64,000 nt of DNA from Caldisericia bacterium (GCA_963674785.1 OY771555.1:1888001-1952000), one strand, 5' to 3'; shown: positions 32,156 through 44,074, counted from the stretch's first letter. Notes: generated from the letters alone by a model not told the origin. A program made the numbers and translations.

Positions 32156-32919
32156 CAGACATAAATTTTTGGAACAGAAATCCAATTAAAGAAGTTGGCA
32201 CACTCGCAAACGAGGTTATATCAAGATCTCTGTTGTACGGGGTGCTGGGTTTTCTCCCATCCGAACCTTGTGCGGTTTTAATGACTGATGGAGAATTTTC
32301 ACCAGGTATCGCCGCAGCAATTGAAAATGCTGGATATGCCGTTACCAGACTTTGTGATCCTTCCGAAGAGGAAATCGGATGCGTTCCAGAAGACATAAGC
32401 AACATGCCAGATAATAGCTTCGGAATAGTGATTACAACTGGATGGCCAAACAATACCTCTGAACTTGAAAACACTGCAAGGATAGCATTTTCAAAGCTTC
32501 GAGAGGGTGGACTCTATATCGGCTGTGCCCCAAATAGATTCGCATGCGCTCTTGATACAATCATTTCAGGAAAGGTTTCTGATTCAATAGATATTTTGGA
32601 TGATAACATCGGGGAAAATGGAAGTTGGATTGACGCCAAAGAACTATTCACACCAAGAAATCTTTCAGTAACCCTTGAAGCCTTAGGTTACAAAATTATT
32701 GAGTTATACGGTTGGCAGATAGCCCTGGAAAAACTTCCAAAGGAGCGTCTTCTAAAATCAGACTGGACAAATGAAGAGATTGAGGAGATTGCAACTTTGG
32801 AGTTCAGACTAGCTCATGAGAAGTACATTCTGGGTTGCGCCCCAACAATTCAGTTTGTTGTAAAAAAACCCAACCCATCAGATGAACTAATCGAAAATAT
32901 TACTGATCAAGAGATCTAG
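32152..32919 (+). CDS. Hypothetical protein, degenerate class I SAM-methyltransferase-like fold
   Basis: [10 protein letters not shown] and LREGGLYI motifs present but no clear GxGxG. ATGA overlap with upstream gene. Confidence 0.55.
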   Translation: MTDINFWNRNPIKEVGTLANEVISRSLLYGVLGFLPSEPCAVLMTDGEFSPGIAAAIENAGYAVTRLCDPSEEEIGCVPEDISNMPDNSFGIVITTGWPNNTSELENTARIAFSKLREGGLYIGCAPNRFACALDTIISGKVSDSIDILDDNIGENGSWIDAKELFTPRNLSVTLEALGYKIIELYGWQIALEKLPKERLLKSDWTNEEIEEIATLEFRLAHEKYILGCAPTIQFVVKKPNPSDELIENITDQEI

Positions 32920-33682
32920 AAATTCTCTCGATTGAAAGACATTTCCCGCTTATGTTGTCAACTTCAATGAGTGTACCATTGAATCTTACATCGTCGGTTG
33001 CAACCTCGAATCGGCACTTCATATGATGAACCATCTTCTTGATTGGTCCTTCGGTTTTTACACCAATTACTGACTCATGAGGCCCTGTCATTCCGGCATC
33101 TGTTTGGAAACCTGTTCCACCTGGGAAGATTTGCTCATCAGCTGTTACAACATGCGTGTGGGTTCCAATTACCGCAGATACCTGTCCATCTAAATATCTT
33201 CCCAGAGCCTGTTTTTCAGATGTCGCCTCAGCATGAAAGTCAACGAGAATAACGTTAGTATTCTCACGAATATCCTTGATAATTCTCTCCCCAACAATAA
33301 ATGGGCAATCAATCGGTTCCATATAAGTTCTTCCCTGAAGATGAAGCACACACATCAAACCAGCTACACCATCAAGATAGAAGTACCCTCTTCCAGGTGA
33401 ACCTTCAGGGAAGTTTTCTGGTCTTGCCATCTGGGGATCTTCTTCGATCATCTTGGGTGCTTCCTTCTGATCCCAAACATGATTACCAAGTGTGAAGCCA
33501 TCGATTCCTGCAACCCTCAATTCATCAGCATTATCTTTGGTCAACCCAAATCCGCCAGAGGCGTTATCAGCATTTCCAATCACATAATCGATTGAATACT
33601 CGGATTTCAAACCAGGTAAGAATTGCTTGACGGCATTCCTTCCTGGTTTCCCAACGATATCCCCAACTAAAAGGATTCTCAT
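32900..33682 (-). CDS. ymdB: YmdB/TIGR00282 metallophosphoesterase
   Basis: GDIVGKPGR, GNH, DFHAEATSEK, GTHTHV, TDAGMTG. Follows rny. Confidence 0.95.
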   Translation of the reverse strand: MRILLVGDIVGKPGRNAVKQFLPGLKSEYSIDYVIGNADNASGGFGLTKDNADELRVAGIDGFTLGNHVWDQKEAPKMIEEDPQMARPENFPEGSPGRGYFYLDGVAGLMCVLHLQGRTYMEPIDCPFIVGERIIKDIRENTNVILVDFHAEATSEKQALGRYLDGQVSAVIGTHTHVVTADEQIFPGGTGFQTDAGMTGPHESVIGVKTEGPIKKMVHHMKCRFEVATDDVRFNGTLIEVDNISGKCLSIERISRSLDQ

Positions 33683-35223
33683 TATTTTGCGTTTTCTGAG
33701 TATCTTGTCTCTCTGATTACTGTAACTCTGATAATTCCAGGGTATGTGAGTTCATTTTCAATGCGTTCAGCAATTTCTCTTGCCATCTTATGAGACATAA
33801 CATCGTCAACTTTTTTCGGTTTAACGATAACTCTAAGCTCTCTGCCTGCCTGGATTGCATATGTTTTTTCGACACCCTCAAAACTCTTTGCGATGCCCTC
33901 AAGAGACTCAAGTCTCTGAATATAGGCTTCAAAGCTTTCTCTTCTTGCACCAGGTCTTGATGCAGAGATTGCATCTGCTGCTTGTATCAGCACAGGATAT
34001 ACATTTGATGGGGCAATATCAGTATGGTGAAGTTGTGCAGACTCGATGATTTCGGGTTTCTCATTGTATTTTTTGAGAATCTCTGCTCCGAGCTCATCAT
34101 GTGTTCCTTCACGCTCACGGTCAACTGCTTTACCAATATCGTGGAAAAGTCCGGCACGTTTTGCAATCTTTGGGTTAAGACCAAGTTCTGATGCCATATG
34201 AGCAGAAAGCATTGCAACTTCAATCGAATGCTGAAGCACATTCTGACCGTATGAAGTTCTAAATTTTAGTCTTCCAAGAAGTTTTACAAGCTCAGGTTTT
34301 GCAGCATGCACACCAACCTCAAGAAGTGCCTGTTCACCCTCAATTTTGAGCTTATCATCAAGCTCTTTTGTGGCCTTCTGAATAACTTCTTCGATTCTAC
34401 CCGGATGAATTCTTCCATCGGTGATAAGTTTTTCAAGTGCCATTTTTCCAATCTCACGTCTGATTGGATCAAAACATGAGATTGTGACAACCTCGGGAGT
34501 ATCATCAACCATTAGGTCAACACCGGTTGCTGTTTCAAACGCCCTAATATTTCTTCCTTCACGACCAATGATTTTTCCCTTGATCTCTTCGTTGGGAAGT
34601 GGAACTGCAGAAACTGTTACCTCTGCAGTGTAGTCAGATGCAATCCTCTGGATTGAGTTTGCAACAATCTCTCTTGATTTAGAATTTGCAGTTTCCTTCG
34701 CATCTTCTTCCATCTGCTTGACTTTCGATGCAAGCTCAAACTCCATCTTGTGTTCAGTCTCACGAAGAATTACAGATTTTGCATCTTCCCTGCTAAGTCC
34801 TGCAATTCTTTCAAGTTCCTTCTCTTGTTTCAAGACTAATTGATCAGCTTTTTCATGTTTTACATCGAGTTCTTTTTCAACTCTTGATATACCGTTTTCT
34901 CTTGCGTTTACTGCATCAATTCTTTTTTCGAGCTTATCTTCACGAGTTGAAAGTCTATTTTCAATCGCATTAAGCTCTTTTCTCTGCTGATTAAATTCTT
35001 CTTTCTGCTCCTTAACAAGTCTCATCGCCTCATCTTTTGCAGTCAAAAGAATTTCTTTTTTTTCACTATCAGCTTCTTTTTTAGCATCTTTTAAAACTCT
35101 TGCAGCTTCATCATTTGCTAACTTGAGAACTCCTTGAGCAGTTTTTTTTGCAGAATTCATTGCAAAAAAATACGCAAGAGCAGCACCTACAATAGCTCCA
35201 ACAAATCCATATATAAATTCCAT
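33682..35223 (-). CDS. rny: Ribonuclease Y
   Basis: N-terminal TM, coiled coil, KH (IIGREGRNI), HD (HDIGK), ADAISASRPGAR. Confidence 0.97.
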   Translation of the reverse strand: MEFIYGFVGAIVGAALAYFFAMNSAKKTAQGVLKLANDEAARVLKDAKKEADSEKKEILLTAKDEAMRLVKEQKEEFNQQRKELNAIENRLSTREDKLEKRIDAVNARENGISRVEKELDVKHEKADQLVLKQEKELERIAGLSREDAKSVILRETEHKMEFELASKVKQMEEDAKETANSKSREIVANSIQRIASDYTAEVTVSAVPLPNEEIKGKIIGREGRNIRAFETATGVDLMVDDTPEVVTISCFDPIRREIGKMALEKLITDGRIHPGRIEEVIQKATKELDDKLKIEGEQALLEVGVHAAKPELVKLLGRLKFRTSYGQNVLQHSIEVAMLSAHMASELGLNPKIAKRAGLFHDIGKAVDREREGTHDELGAEILKKYNEKPEIIESAQLHHTDIAPSNVYPVLIQAADAISASRPGARRESFEAYIQRLESLEGIAKSFEGVEKTYAIQAGRELRVIVKPKKVDDVMSHKMAREIAERIENELTYPGIIRVTVIRETRYSENAK

Positions 35224-35234
35224 CAATATCTCCT

Positions 35235-35666
35235 TTATTTATCGAGGAAACGTATTTTTTCCCAAATCCATGAAGATGGAAACCCAAGTCTTTGAAGTTT
35301 TGCAACAAGTTTTTGCCCTTCATATCCATCCTTGTATCTGGTAATCGCAAAAGCCAATAACTCTTTCCAATCATGCTCATCAATACGATTCTCGATTTCA
35401 GCTCTGGGTAAACCGAGCTTAAAAAGCTCCATTTTTATCCTTATTGGTCCCCAAAACCGTTTTTTCTTATTTTCAATGTATGAAGAGACAAACTCAGAAT
35501 CATTTATCAAATCAAGCTCTTCAAGCTTAGATTTTACCTCTTCAATTTCCTTCTCAAGGTAACCCTTTTCCTGCATTCGCCTTTCAATCTCTGACCACGC
35601 ACGGTCTCTATATGAAAGTAACCTGAATGCATAATCTAATGGGTTACTCCTTTTTTTCTTTTGCAT
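35235..35666 (-). CDS. recX: Regulatory protein RecX
   Basis: [30 protein letters not shown]. Overlaps the recA 3' end. Confidence 0.88.
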   Translation of the reverse strand: MQKKKRSNPLDYAFRLLSYRDRAWSEIERRMQEKGYLEKEIEEVKSKLEELDLINDSEFVSSYIENKKKRFWGPIRIKMELFKLGLPRAEIENRIDEHDWKELLAFAITRYKDGYEGQKLVAKLQRLGFPSSWIWEKIRFLDK

Positions 35667-36687
35667 CAGGAATTGTTAATCCAAATGCTGATTTTATTTT
35701 GTTTTCAATATCGTTTGTCATTTCAGGTTTTTCTGAAAGAGTTACTTTTGCATTCTCTCTTCCCTGACCCAGTCTTTCACCTTCGTACGAGAACCATGTT
35801 CCGGACTTATCAATGATATCGAGGTCAACACCCATCTTTAGAACCTGAGACTCTCTTGATATTCCTTCGCCAAAAATAATGTCAAACTCAGCATTCCTGT
35901 ATGGTGGAGCAACTTTATTCTTTGCAATCTTTATCTTCACCTGAGCTCCATATGATCGGTCACCATCTTTATAGGTTTCACCACGTCTGACCTGCATTCT
36001 GACAGTGGTTGCAAATTTGAGAGCTCGTCCACCTGGAGTTGTTTCAGGATTACCAAACATAACGCCAATTTTTTCTCTGAGCTGGTTAATAAAGATTCCA
36101 GCAGTCCTTGATTTTCCCATTGCCCCAGCAAGTTTCCTCATAGCTTTTGACATGAGTCTTGCTTGAAGTCCGACAGATGCATCACCCATCTCACCCTCAA
36201 GCTCTGCTCTTGGAACAAGTGCTGCAACAGAGTCAATCACGAACAAGTCAATTGCTCCAGATCTTGTGAGAATCTCTGCAATCTCGAGTGCTTGTTCAGC
36301 TGAATCGGGCTGGGAAATAATCAACTCGGAAAGGTCTATTCCAAGTCTTTCAGCATAAGCTGGATCAAGGGCATGTTCTGCATCGATAAAAACAGCTTTC
36401 CCGCCTTTTCTTTGACATGAAGCAATTGATGTAAGTGCGATCGTAGTCTTTCCAGATCCCTCACTTCCAAATATTTCAATAATTCTTCCTCTTGGAATAC
36501 CACCAACACCAAGTGCAATATCAAGTGACAATATCCCTGTTGGAATTGCCTCAACTGCCATGCGACCATGATCATCACCAAGTCGCATAATGGTGCCCTT
36601 TCCGTAGGATTTTTCAATCGCCGCAATAGCAGAATCTAAAGCTTTTTCTCTTTCATTGTAGACATTCGTTTCTTTTTTTGTTGCCAT
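35644..36687 (-). CDS. recA: Recombinase RecA
   Basis: [41 protein letters not shown] favours ATG 36687. Confidence 0.99.
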   Translation of the reverse strand: MATKKETNVYNEREKALDSAIAAIEKSYGKGTIMRLGDDHGRMAVEAIPTGILSLDIALGVGGIPRGRIIEIFGSEGSGKTTIALTSIASCQRKGGKAVFIDAEHALDPAYAERLGIDLSELIISQPDSAEQALEIAEILTRSGAIDLFVIDSVAALVPRAELEGEMGDASVGLQARLMSKAMRKLAGAMGKSRTAGIFINQLREKIGVMFGNPETTPGGRALKFATTVRMQVRRGETYKDGDRSYGAQVKIKIAKNKVAPPYRNAEFDIIFGEGISRESQVLKMGVDLDIIDKSGTWFSYEGERLGQGRENAKVTLSEKPEMTNDIENKIKSAFGLTIPDAKEKKE

Positions 36688-36694
36688 ATTCTCC

Positions 36695-37234
36695 TCAATC
36701 TTTTTTCCAAAGATTTGTATAAACTGGTCCACTTCTAGTTAATTCTGATTTTATAAGGGCAATCCCTGTAAAAAAACATTTCTCATTATACATGGGAATT
36801 TTAGAAATTGCATCCTCAAGCCCAGCTGGCTTAAATGATTTAATCCTTCCAAGAGTCAAATGAGCTCTGAAAGGTTTATTGTCATTTTCAAAACCAAATC
36901 CCTCACAGATATTCTGAACTCTCTGGAAGAGACTTTTGCTCATATCATCTTCTACCCCACACCACAAAACCCTTGGATTTTTGATGTTTGGAAATCCAGA
37001 GATTTCTGAAAGCTTAATCTCTTTTGGGAAATCTGTTTCAATCTCTGAAAGCTTTTTTGATAATTCTGGTACAAGTTTTTCTTCAATATCTCCAAGGAAT
37101 TTTAATGTAAGATGGAAGTTTCCAGGTTTTGTCCAGCTTGCTTTAATATCAAGTCTTGAGATATCTGAGACCACATCTGATAAATATTTTTGAAGACCAT
37201 CTGAGATTGTTAAGGCGATAAATGCTCTAATCAT
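36695..37234 (-). CDS. thpR: RNA 2',3'-cyclic phosphodiesterase (2H family)
   Basis: RAFIAL, two HLTL motifs, PRVLW, upstream of recA. Confidence 0.92.
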   Translation of the reverse strand: MIRAFIALTISDGLQKYLSDVVSDISRLDIKASWTKPGNFHLTLKFLGDIEEKLVPELSKKLSEIETDFPKEIKLSEISGFPNIKNPRVLWCGVEDDMSKSLFQRVQNICEGFGFENDNKPFRAHLTLGRIKSFKPAGLEDAISKIPMYNEKCFFTGIALIKSELTRSGPVYTNLWKKD

Positions 37235-38549
37235 TAATAACAGCACCTTCCAAATCAAAGTGGTCAAAATTTGTGATTTTTACATCAACAATATCACCAA
37301 CCTCAAAATCAGTCCCGTTTATCTTTACGATACAATCAATTTCAGGGGCATCAGATTTTGTTCTACCAACAGCATAATCATCATAAATTTGGTCAACAAT
37401 CACCTGCTGTACAGTGCCAACCAAATACTCATTTCTTTCATAAGAGATTTCAGATTGAGTAAGAAGCAGTTGTTCTTGTCTTTCAGAGGCTACATCATCT
37501 GGAACTTTGTCTGGAAGACCAAATGCTTTTGTACCAACTTCATCAGAAAACTTGAACACCCCAAACCTGTCAAACTCAATTTCAGAGATAAAGTCATGAA
37601 GAATTTCAAAATCTTCGTCGGTTTCACCAGGAAAACCAACTATAGCAGTTGATCTGATTGTTGGGTCATCAAAATTATCTCTAATCTTGCCAATAATCTC
37701 CCTGATTCCATCGATTCCAGGTTTTTCCCTGTTCATTGCTTTCAAAATTTTGTTTGATGCATGCTGGATTGGGATTTCAAAATATGGAATAACCTTTGTG
37801 GCACCAAATGCCTCAAGTGTTTTATCAGCAAAATGCATAGGGTTTGTATAGAGAATCCTAATCCACTCAAACCCATCAATTTCTGAAAGTTTGTGGGTCA
37901 AAGTTGAAAGGTCATATTTTGGATTCGCATCATGACCAACTATCGATGTATCCTGTGCAATAATGTTTAGCTCTTTAACACCAGAATCAGCGAGTGCGTT
38001 TGCCTCAGACAATATCTCATCGAGACCAAAGCTTCTGAACCTCCCCCTTATTGATGGGATTTTACAGAAAGAACAACCGTGAGAGCAACCCTCAGATACC
38101 CTGAGATATGAGATATGTGGAAGTGTTATTTTGAGCCTCGGAAGGATTCCATTTGAAGAAACAGAGTTCAAATCATTAATTATTGATTTTTTCTCGCCTG
38201 AAATGATTTCATAGATTGAAGAGTTAAGTCCTGTTCCCAGATACCCATCAACCTCGGGGTATTTTGTCTGCAGCTCAGCAAGCAAAATCTGTGGAAGACA
38301 TCCGGTGACAATAACTTTTTTTATAATTCCAGATTTCTTTTTTTGAAGTGCTTCCTCAATTACTTCATAGCTTTCGGTACGTGCAGCTTCAACAAAAGAA
38401 CACGTATTAATCAGCAGTACATCACAATCATCGGGGTCAAGTGAGATTTCACACCCAGAATCAGATGAGACAGCCAATAATTGCTCAGCGTCAACCAACG
38501 CCTTCGGGCAGCCTAAAGCATGAATTGAAACCTTCAGAATAGCACTCAT
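37227..38549 (-). CDS. rimO: Ribosomal protein S12 methylthiotransferase RimO
   Basis: LGCPKA, EGCSHGCSFC radical-SAM motif, C-terminal TRAM DAPEID. Confidence 0.92.
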   Translation of the reverse strand: MSAILKVSIHALGCPKALVDAEQLLAVSSDSGCEISLDPDDCDVLLINTCSFVEAARTESYEVIEEALQKKKSGIIKKVIVTGCLPQILLAELQTKYPEVDGYLGTGLNSSIYEIISGEKKSIINDLNSVSSNGILPRLKITLPHISYLRVSEGCSHGCSFCKIPSIRGRFRSFGLDEILSEANALADSGVKELNIIAQDTSIVGHDANPKYDLSTLTHKLSEIDGFEWIRILYTNPMHFADKTLEAFGATKVIPYFEIPIQHASNKILKAMNREKPGIDGIREIIGKIRDNFDDPTIRSTAIVGFPGETDEDFEILHDFISEIEFDRFGVFKFSDEVGTKAFGLPDKVPDDVASERQEQLLLTQSEISYERNEYLVGTVQQVIVDQIYDDYAVGRTKSDAPEIDCIVKINGTDFEVGDIVDVKITNFDHFDLEGAVIND

Positions 38550-40888
38550 TTCCTTATGAGTGCCTCTTTGATAACTTCTTTTATGGTTTCAACAAACACA
38601 AATTCCATCTCATTTCGAATCTTCTCTGGAACTTTTGTCGTGTGAGGTTCATTATCTTTTGGCAAGATGACCTTTCTTATGCCGTTTCTGTGTGCTGCAA
38701 GCACCTTCTGCTTCACACCACCAATCGGCAATACCTTTCCTCTGAGGGTTATCTCGCCTGTCATCGCCACTTTTGAACTCACTGGGATGTTTGTAAGCGT
38801 TGAAACGATTGATGTCACGATTCCGATTCCGGCAGAAGGACCATCCTTTGGAATGGCACCTTCAGGGAAATGAATATGAAGATCGTAATCGTCCTCTTTA
38901 TAATCCTTTGGGATCTTAAGTTCCTTTCGGTGAGTTCTAACATATGAAAGTGCAGCTATTGCAGACTCCTTCATGACATCGCCAAGAAGACCTGTCAGAA
39001 TAAGTTTCCCTGTTCCATCCATCAATGTGCTTTCTATACAGAGAACCTCACCACCATCCTCAGTCACAGCAAGCCCAGTTACTGTTCCGACCTCATCGGT
39101 TTTTCTCTGTGTGTCAGATTTGAAAACAGGAATATCAAGATAATCAGGTAGGGATTTTGTAGTTATTTTTAGCTTCTCAGTAACCTCTCCGCTAACCTTT
39201 TTCTTCGCTACTTTTCTCATTAGTTTTGAGATATGTCGTTCAAGAGACCTTAAACCTGCTTCTCTTGTATATCTCTCAATTATCATATTGATTGTCGCAT
39301 CTGGTATTGATAAATCAGATTTTTTTAAACCATTACTTTTAAGCTGTTTAGGTATGAGGAATTTTTTTGAAATCTCAACCTTATCAAACTGTGTATAACC
39401 GGGAATAATTATTGTTTCCATTCGGTCAAAAAGTGCACTTGGGATTGTGTGGGTAACATTTGCTGTTGTAATAAATAAAACATCCGAAAGATCATATGGA
39501 ATTTCAAGATAATGATCTGAGAAAGCAGTGTTTTGTTCTGGATCAAGTGCTTCAAGCAAAGCCGATGTTGGGTCTCCCCTGAAGTCTAAACCAACCTTAT
39601 CAATTTCATCAAGAAGGAAAACTGGGTTTGATGAATTTGCCTGCTTCATCCCCTGAATGATCCTTCCTGGCATAGAGCCAACATATGTTCTTCTATGTCC
39701 TCTTATCTCTGCCTCATCTTTTATGCCACCAAGAGACATTCTGACAAACTGTCTGTTCATTGCTCTTGCAACTGATTTTCCAAGTGAGGTTTTACCAACA
39801 CCGGGAGGACCAACAAGGCAGATGATTGGGCTTTTTGCATCAGGTGAAAGCTTTCTTACTGCAAGGTATTCAAGAATTCGCTCTTTGACCTCTTCAAGAT
39901 CATAATGATCCTCGTTGAGGATTTTGTGAGCAGCATTTACATCAAGTCTGTCCTTGGTTTTCTTCTCCCATGGGAGGTCAAAAATCCAGTCGATGTAATT
40001 TCTAATTACTGCACTTTCAGCAGCCATTGGTGGCATCTTCTGAAGTTTTTCAATCTGCTCATTTACCTTTTCGACAACATAATTTGGAAGCCCTTTTCGT
40101 TTTTGAATCTTCTTCCTGAATTCACCGATTTCGCTTCCAAATTCACCATCCGACTCACCAAGTTCTTTTTCGATTGATCGGAGTTGTTCTCTTAAATAAA
40201 ATTCTCTTTGAGTTTTATCGATTTTACTTTTGACATCAGAATCAATTTTTTGCTGAATAGAAAGTATTTCAAGCTCTTCCGAGAGTTTATCGATCATAAA
40301 CTCAAGACGTTCAAGTATTGATGTTTGAGCAAGTATCTCCTGTTTCTCAATAAGTGGGATGCTTATGTTTGCAGCAATTACGTTAGTCAGCTCATCGGGG
40401 TCATGGATATTGCTCAAACCAAGAAGAATCTCTGGTAAAAGTCTCTTATGAACTCTGAAATACTCTTCAAACTTTTCAGAAAGAACACGCATCAATGCTT
40501 TGATGTGTGGAGTAACTTCACCAATTGAACCAAGAGGCTCAACATCAACCATAGTCAAATCTTCGATATCTTCAAAATCAGTTACTTTTACTCTTTCGAT
40601 TCCCTCAACAATAACTCTCAGGTTTCCATCTGGAAGTTTCTGCTGAATCTGTAGAAGCTCACATCCAACACCAATATCATAAAGTTCACGTTGTGTTGGA
40701 TTATCATAATGCTCTTTTTTTTGAGTAAGACAAACAATTCTTCTATCGACATCATTTGCCTTCTCGATTGCTTTTATAGATTTTTCTCTACCTATTATCA
40801 GTGGCACAGTCATTCCAGGAAAGACCACCAGGTTCCTTAGAGGAAGCAATGGGGCTTTCTTGTGATGCCATTTTTTTGGTGCTGACAT
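38546..40888 (-). CDS. lon: ATP-dependent protease La
   Basis: LPLRNLVVFP, GPPGVGKTS, PKDGPSAG. Confidence 0.98.
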   Translation of the reverse strand: MSAPKKWHHKKAPLLPLRNLVVFPGMTVPLIIGREKSIKAIEKANDVDRRIVCLTQKKEHYDNPTQRELYDIGVGCELLQIQQKLPDGNLRVIVEGIERVKVTDFEDIEDLTMVDVEPLGSIGEVTPHIKALMRVLSEKFEEYFRVHKRLLPEILLGLSNIHDPDELTNVIAANISIPLIEKQEILAQTSILERLEFMIDKLSEELEILSIQQKIDSDVKSKIDKTQREFYLREQLRSIEKELGESDGEFGSEIGEFRKKIQKRKGLPNYVVEKVNEQIEKLQKMPPMAAESAVIRNYIDWIFDLPWEKKTKDRLDVNAAHKILNEDHYDLEEVKERILEYLAVRKLSPDAKSPIICLVGPPGVGKTSLGKSVARAMNRQFVRMSLGGIKDEAEIRGHRRTYVGSMPGRIIQGMKQANSSNPVFLLDEIDKVGLDFRGDPTSALLEALDPEQNTAFSDHYLEIPYDLSDVLFITTANVTHTIPSALFDRMETIIIPGYTQFDKVEISKKFLIPKQLKSNGLKKSDLSIPDATINMIIERYTREAGLRSLERHISKLMRKVAKKKVSGEVTEKLKITTKSLPDYLDIPVFKSDTQRKTDEVGTVTGLAVTEDGGEVLCIESTLMDGTGKLILTGLLGDVMKESAIAALSYVRTHRKELKIPKDYKEDDYDLHIHFPEGAIPKDGPSAGIGIVTSIVSTLTNIPVSSKVAMTGEITLRGKVLPIGGVKQKVLAAHRNGIRKVILPKDNEPHTTKVPEKIRNEMEFVFVETIKEVIKEALIRK

Positions 40889-40894
40889 ACCTTT

Positions 40895-42130
40895 TTAAGC
40901 ACTCCTTTTCATTTCTTGTCCATCTGAGTCAATCATTATTACCGGTTTATCTCCAAGGACAACATCCTTGTCAACGATACATTTTGCAACAACCTGATTA
41001 TCAGGAATATCATATAATGTATCCATCATAATTCTCTCAAAAACAGTTTTTAATGCTCTTGCACCGGTGCCAAATGATTTCGCAATCTTTGCAATCTCGG
41101 TAAGAGCCTCATCTGTTACTTCAAGCTCTGCACCCTCAACCCCAAGCAAAGTTTTGTACTGATTGACAACCGCATTTTTAGGCTCAGTAAGAATCCTTTT
41201 CAAATCATCGATTGAAAGCTCAGAGATTGATGCAGTCACTGGAAATCTTCCAACGAACTCTGGAATAAGACCAAACTTCATCAGATCATCAGGCATAAGT
41301 TTAGATAAAATATCTGATTTATCGGTTACTTTGTCAGAATGCATACTGTAACCGACTTTTCTATGTCCAAGTCTTCGTTCGATTATTTTATCAAGACCCT
41401 CGAACATTCCACCGCATATGAAGAGTATCTTTGAGGTATCAATTTGAACGAATTCCTGCTGTGGATGTTTTCTTCCGCCCTTGGGTGGAATATTACAAAC
41501 TGTTCCTTCAACGATCTTCAAAAGAGCCTGTTGAACACCTTCACCTGAAACGTCACGAGTAATTGATCTGTTTTCGGACTTTCTTCCAATCTTATCAATC
41601 TCGTCAATATACACGATTCCCATCTGTGTGGCTTCGATGTCATAATCGGCATTTCTGAAAAGTCCAACAAGCACGTTTTCAACATCCTCACCAACATATC
41701 CAGCTTCCGTTAAGGTGGTTGCATCTGCAATTGAAAATGGCACACCTAGAATCTTAGCAAGAGTTCTAGCAATTAAAGTTTTTCCAGAACCAGTTGGCCC
41801 AACCATCAAAACATTGGATTTTTCGATCTCATTGATTCCATTTCTAAGAGTGAGTACAGATCGATAGTGCTTGTATACAGCAACAGATAGGAGTCTTTTT
41901 GCCTGGGTTTGCCCAATAATATAGGAATCTAGTTGTTCGTGGATCTCCTTTGGAGTTGGGATATGACCAATTTTTTTTCGAAACTGTCTCTGGCTCTCAT
42001 TAACAAGGGTCTTATTGGCAATCTTGATGCACTCCTCACAGATCAGGGTGCCATCAACCCCTTCCATGCCACGAAGGCCATCTCCAATGTTTCTTCCGCA
42101 AAAGGAGCACTGGTTATTATCTTCACTCAT
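40895..42130 (-). CDS. clpX: Clp protease ATP-binding subunit ClpX
   Basis: CSFC..CEEC zinc finger, [26 protein letters not shown]. Confidence 0.98.
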   Translation of the reverse strand: MSEDNNQCSFCGRNIGDGLRGMEGVDGTLICEECIKIANKTLVNESQRQFRKKIGHIPTPKEIHEQLDSYIIGQTQAKRLLSVAVYKHYRSVLTLRNGINEIEKSNVLMVGPTGSGKTLIARTLAKILGVPFSIADATTLTEAGYVGEDVENVLVGLFRNADYDIEATQMGIVYIDEIDKIGRKSENRSITRDVSGEGVQQALLKIVEGTVCNIPPKGGRKHPQQEFVQIDTSKILFICGGMFEGLDKIIERRLGHRKVGYSMHSDKVTDKSDILSKLMPDDLMKFGLIPEFVGRFPVTASISELSIDDLKRILTEPKNAVVNQYKTLLGVEGAELEVTDEALTEIAKIAKSFGTGARALKTVFERIMMDTLYDIPDNQVVAKCIVDKDVVLGDKPVIMIDSDGQEMKRSA

Positions 42131-42719
42131 TTCCAGGCTTCATCCTTGCGATGACTTGATCGGCAAGACCGTAAGCAACAGCTTGTTCCGCGGTCATAAA
42201 ATTGTCTCTCTCGCTGTCCTCTTTAATCTTGTCAACCGGATGCCCAGTATGTTTTGAAAGGATACCATTTAAAGTGGTTTTAAGTCTCAACATCTCGTTT
42301 GCTTGGATTTCAACATCGGTTGCTTGTCCCTGTGCACCACCTGCAACCTGGTGAATCATCACCCTTGCATTGGGTAACACAAAACGTCTTCCAGGTTCAC
42401 CTGATGCAAGAAGAACTGCAGCCATTGAAGCAGCCTGTCCGATGCAAATTGTTGAAACTGGAGCTGAGACATATTGCATTGTGTCATAGATAGCAAGACC
42501 CGATGTTACAACTCCACCGGGCGAATTAATATAGAGACTGATTTCTTTTTCGGGGTCACTTGCATCAAGATAGAGAAGCTGTGCCACAACAATGCTTGCG
42601 ACTGAATCTTCTATCTGATCTCCTCCCAAAAAAATAATCCTATCCTTTAAAAGTCTTGAATAGATATCGTACTGACGCTCTCCAGCACCAGATTGTTCAA
42701 TCACCCATGGTATTGCCAT
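42123..42719 (-). CDS. clpP: Clp protease proteolytic subunit ClpP
   Basis: [25 protein letters not shown]. Confidence 0.98.
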   Translation of the reverse strand: MAIPWVIEQSGAGERQYDIYSRLLKDRIIFLGGDQIEDSVASIVVAQLLYLDASDPEKEISLYINSPGGVVTSGLAIYDTMQYVSAPVSTICIGQAASMAAVLLASGEPGRRFVLPNARVMIHQVAGGAQGQATDVEIQANEMLRLKTTLNGILSKHTGHPVDKIKEDSERDNFMTAEQAVAYGLADQVIARMKPGNE

Positions 42720-42725
42720 TGTGCT

Positions 42726-43985
42726 CTACTCCTCTTTGAGTTGAGCTTTTCCCAATAAGAAATCGAGTGTCTTCTTTCTTTTTAGTGCAGATGAAATATT
42801 GTTTCTAAGAGTTTCCTGGTCAACGCTGGGTTTTTTCTTCATCTGTTTGATTGCATTATTGTATTGTTCAAGTTCAGAATCAATTTCACTTGCTTCTGCT
42901 TCGATATTCTCTTTTTCAGCATACTCCTCAAGGATTAAGTCAATCTTTGCTTGATTTGTAGCTCTTGGGGTAAGCTCTTCTCTGAGTTTCTCCTCAGAGA
43001 TTTCCCTTTTCTTCAAATATATCTCTAGAGTTAAACCTTTTCGTTTTAACTCATCTTCAAATCTATAAATCTCGTCATCAAGTGACGCTTCAATTAATTT
43101 TGGTGGTATCTCAAGCTTTGTTTTTTCAAGAAGGGCATCTGCAAGCTTGTTGTGTGTATCTTGTTCTTTTGCTCTCTGGGCATTTGACAATAACTCTGCC
43201 TCAACAGCTTTTTTGAGCGCTTCCACGGACTCCATCGACAGCATCTTTGCAAACTCATCATTGAGTTCTGGCATATCAGCAGTCTTTGTTTCGCCAATGA
43301 CAATTTCTATCTCCACAGGTTTTTCTTCACCAGAGATTTTTGTCTTTACTCTCTTTGTGTCGCCAGATTTAACACCAATGAGATTCTTATCAAAACCGGG
43401 AACAAAGTCCTGTCTTCCGACTTCAACAAGCTCCTCTTTCCATCTCCCCGAGACTTTGTCATTTGTAACAATAGACCATTTGAAGTAGACAAAATCCTTT
43501 TCTTCAACTTCTCTGTCGATGGATACCATCGTGGCATGTTGAAGTCTCAATCTATCAATTGTGGAATCAATTTCTTTCTCTGTTACTTCAAATTTGCCAA
43601 TTTTAAGCTTAAGTTTTGACGGGTCTGGAAGTTCAAACTCTGGAATATACTGAACCTCAATTTTTAAAACACATTTTTCTTCAGGCTCAAAACACTCAAG
43701 TGAAACTTCAGGGTTCCCAACCATTCTGAAATCTTTCTCTTTGAGAATCTCTCTTAGAGCCTGTCTACTTGAGTCGTAGATAAACTCCTCTTTAAGATAG
43801 TCCTCACCAACATGTGCTTTGAAAAGAGAAAATGGTGCTTTTCCGGGTCTGAATCCAGGGATTTTAACTCTTGCTCGATCCCTATTGAAAATCTTCTTGA
43901 AACCTTCTTTTATTTCCTCTGACCCGAACGTCGCTTTTGAGATAAGCGATGTGGATTTCTTGCTTTCGATATCTTCTATGTTCAT
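42726..43985 (-). CDS. tig: Trigger factor
   Basis: IPGFRPGKAP ribosome-binding motif, tig-clpP-clpX-lon synteny. Start at 43985 or 43997; the ORF-track start 44060 lies inside tRNA-Gly. Confidence 0.93.
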   Translation of the reverse strand: MNIEDIESKKSTSLISKATFGSEEIKEGFKKIFNRDRARVKIPGFRPGKAPFSLFKAHVGEDYLKEEFIYDSSRQALREILKEKDFRMVGNPEVSLECFEPEEKCVLKIEVQYIPEFELPDPSKLKLKIGKFEVTEKEIDSTIDRLRLQHATMVSIDREVEEKDFVYFKWSIVTNDKVSGRWKEELVEVGRQDFVPGFDKNLIGVKSGDTKRVKTKISGEEKPVEIEIVIGETKTADMPELNDEFAKMLSMESVEALKKAVEAELLSNAQRAKEQDTHNKLADALLEKTKLEIPPKLIEASLDDEIYRFEDELKRKGLTLEIYLKKREISEEKLREELTPRATNQAKIDLILEEYAEKENIEAEASEIDSELEQYNNAIKQMKKKPSVDQETLRNNISSALKRKKTLDFLLGKAQLKEE

Positions 43986-43999
43986 TATTTTAACCATTC

Positions 44000-44074
44000 T
44001 GGAGCGGGAGACGGGATTCGAACCCGCGACCCCGACCATGGCAAGGTCGTGCTCTACCACTGAGCTACTCCCGC
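44000..44074 (-). tRNA. tRNA-Gly (GCC)
   Basis: Anticodon arm CGACC-TTGCCAT-GGTCG, CCA end. Confidence 0.96.

Noticed and set aside
43998-44060. N-terminal extension of trigger factor in the ORF track
   Set aside because: Lies inside tRNA-Gly; the real start is 43997 or 43985.
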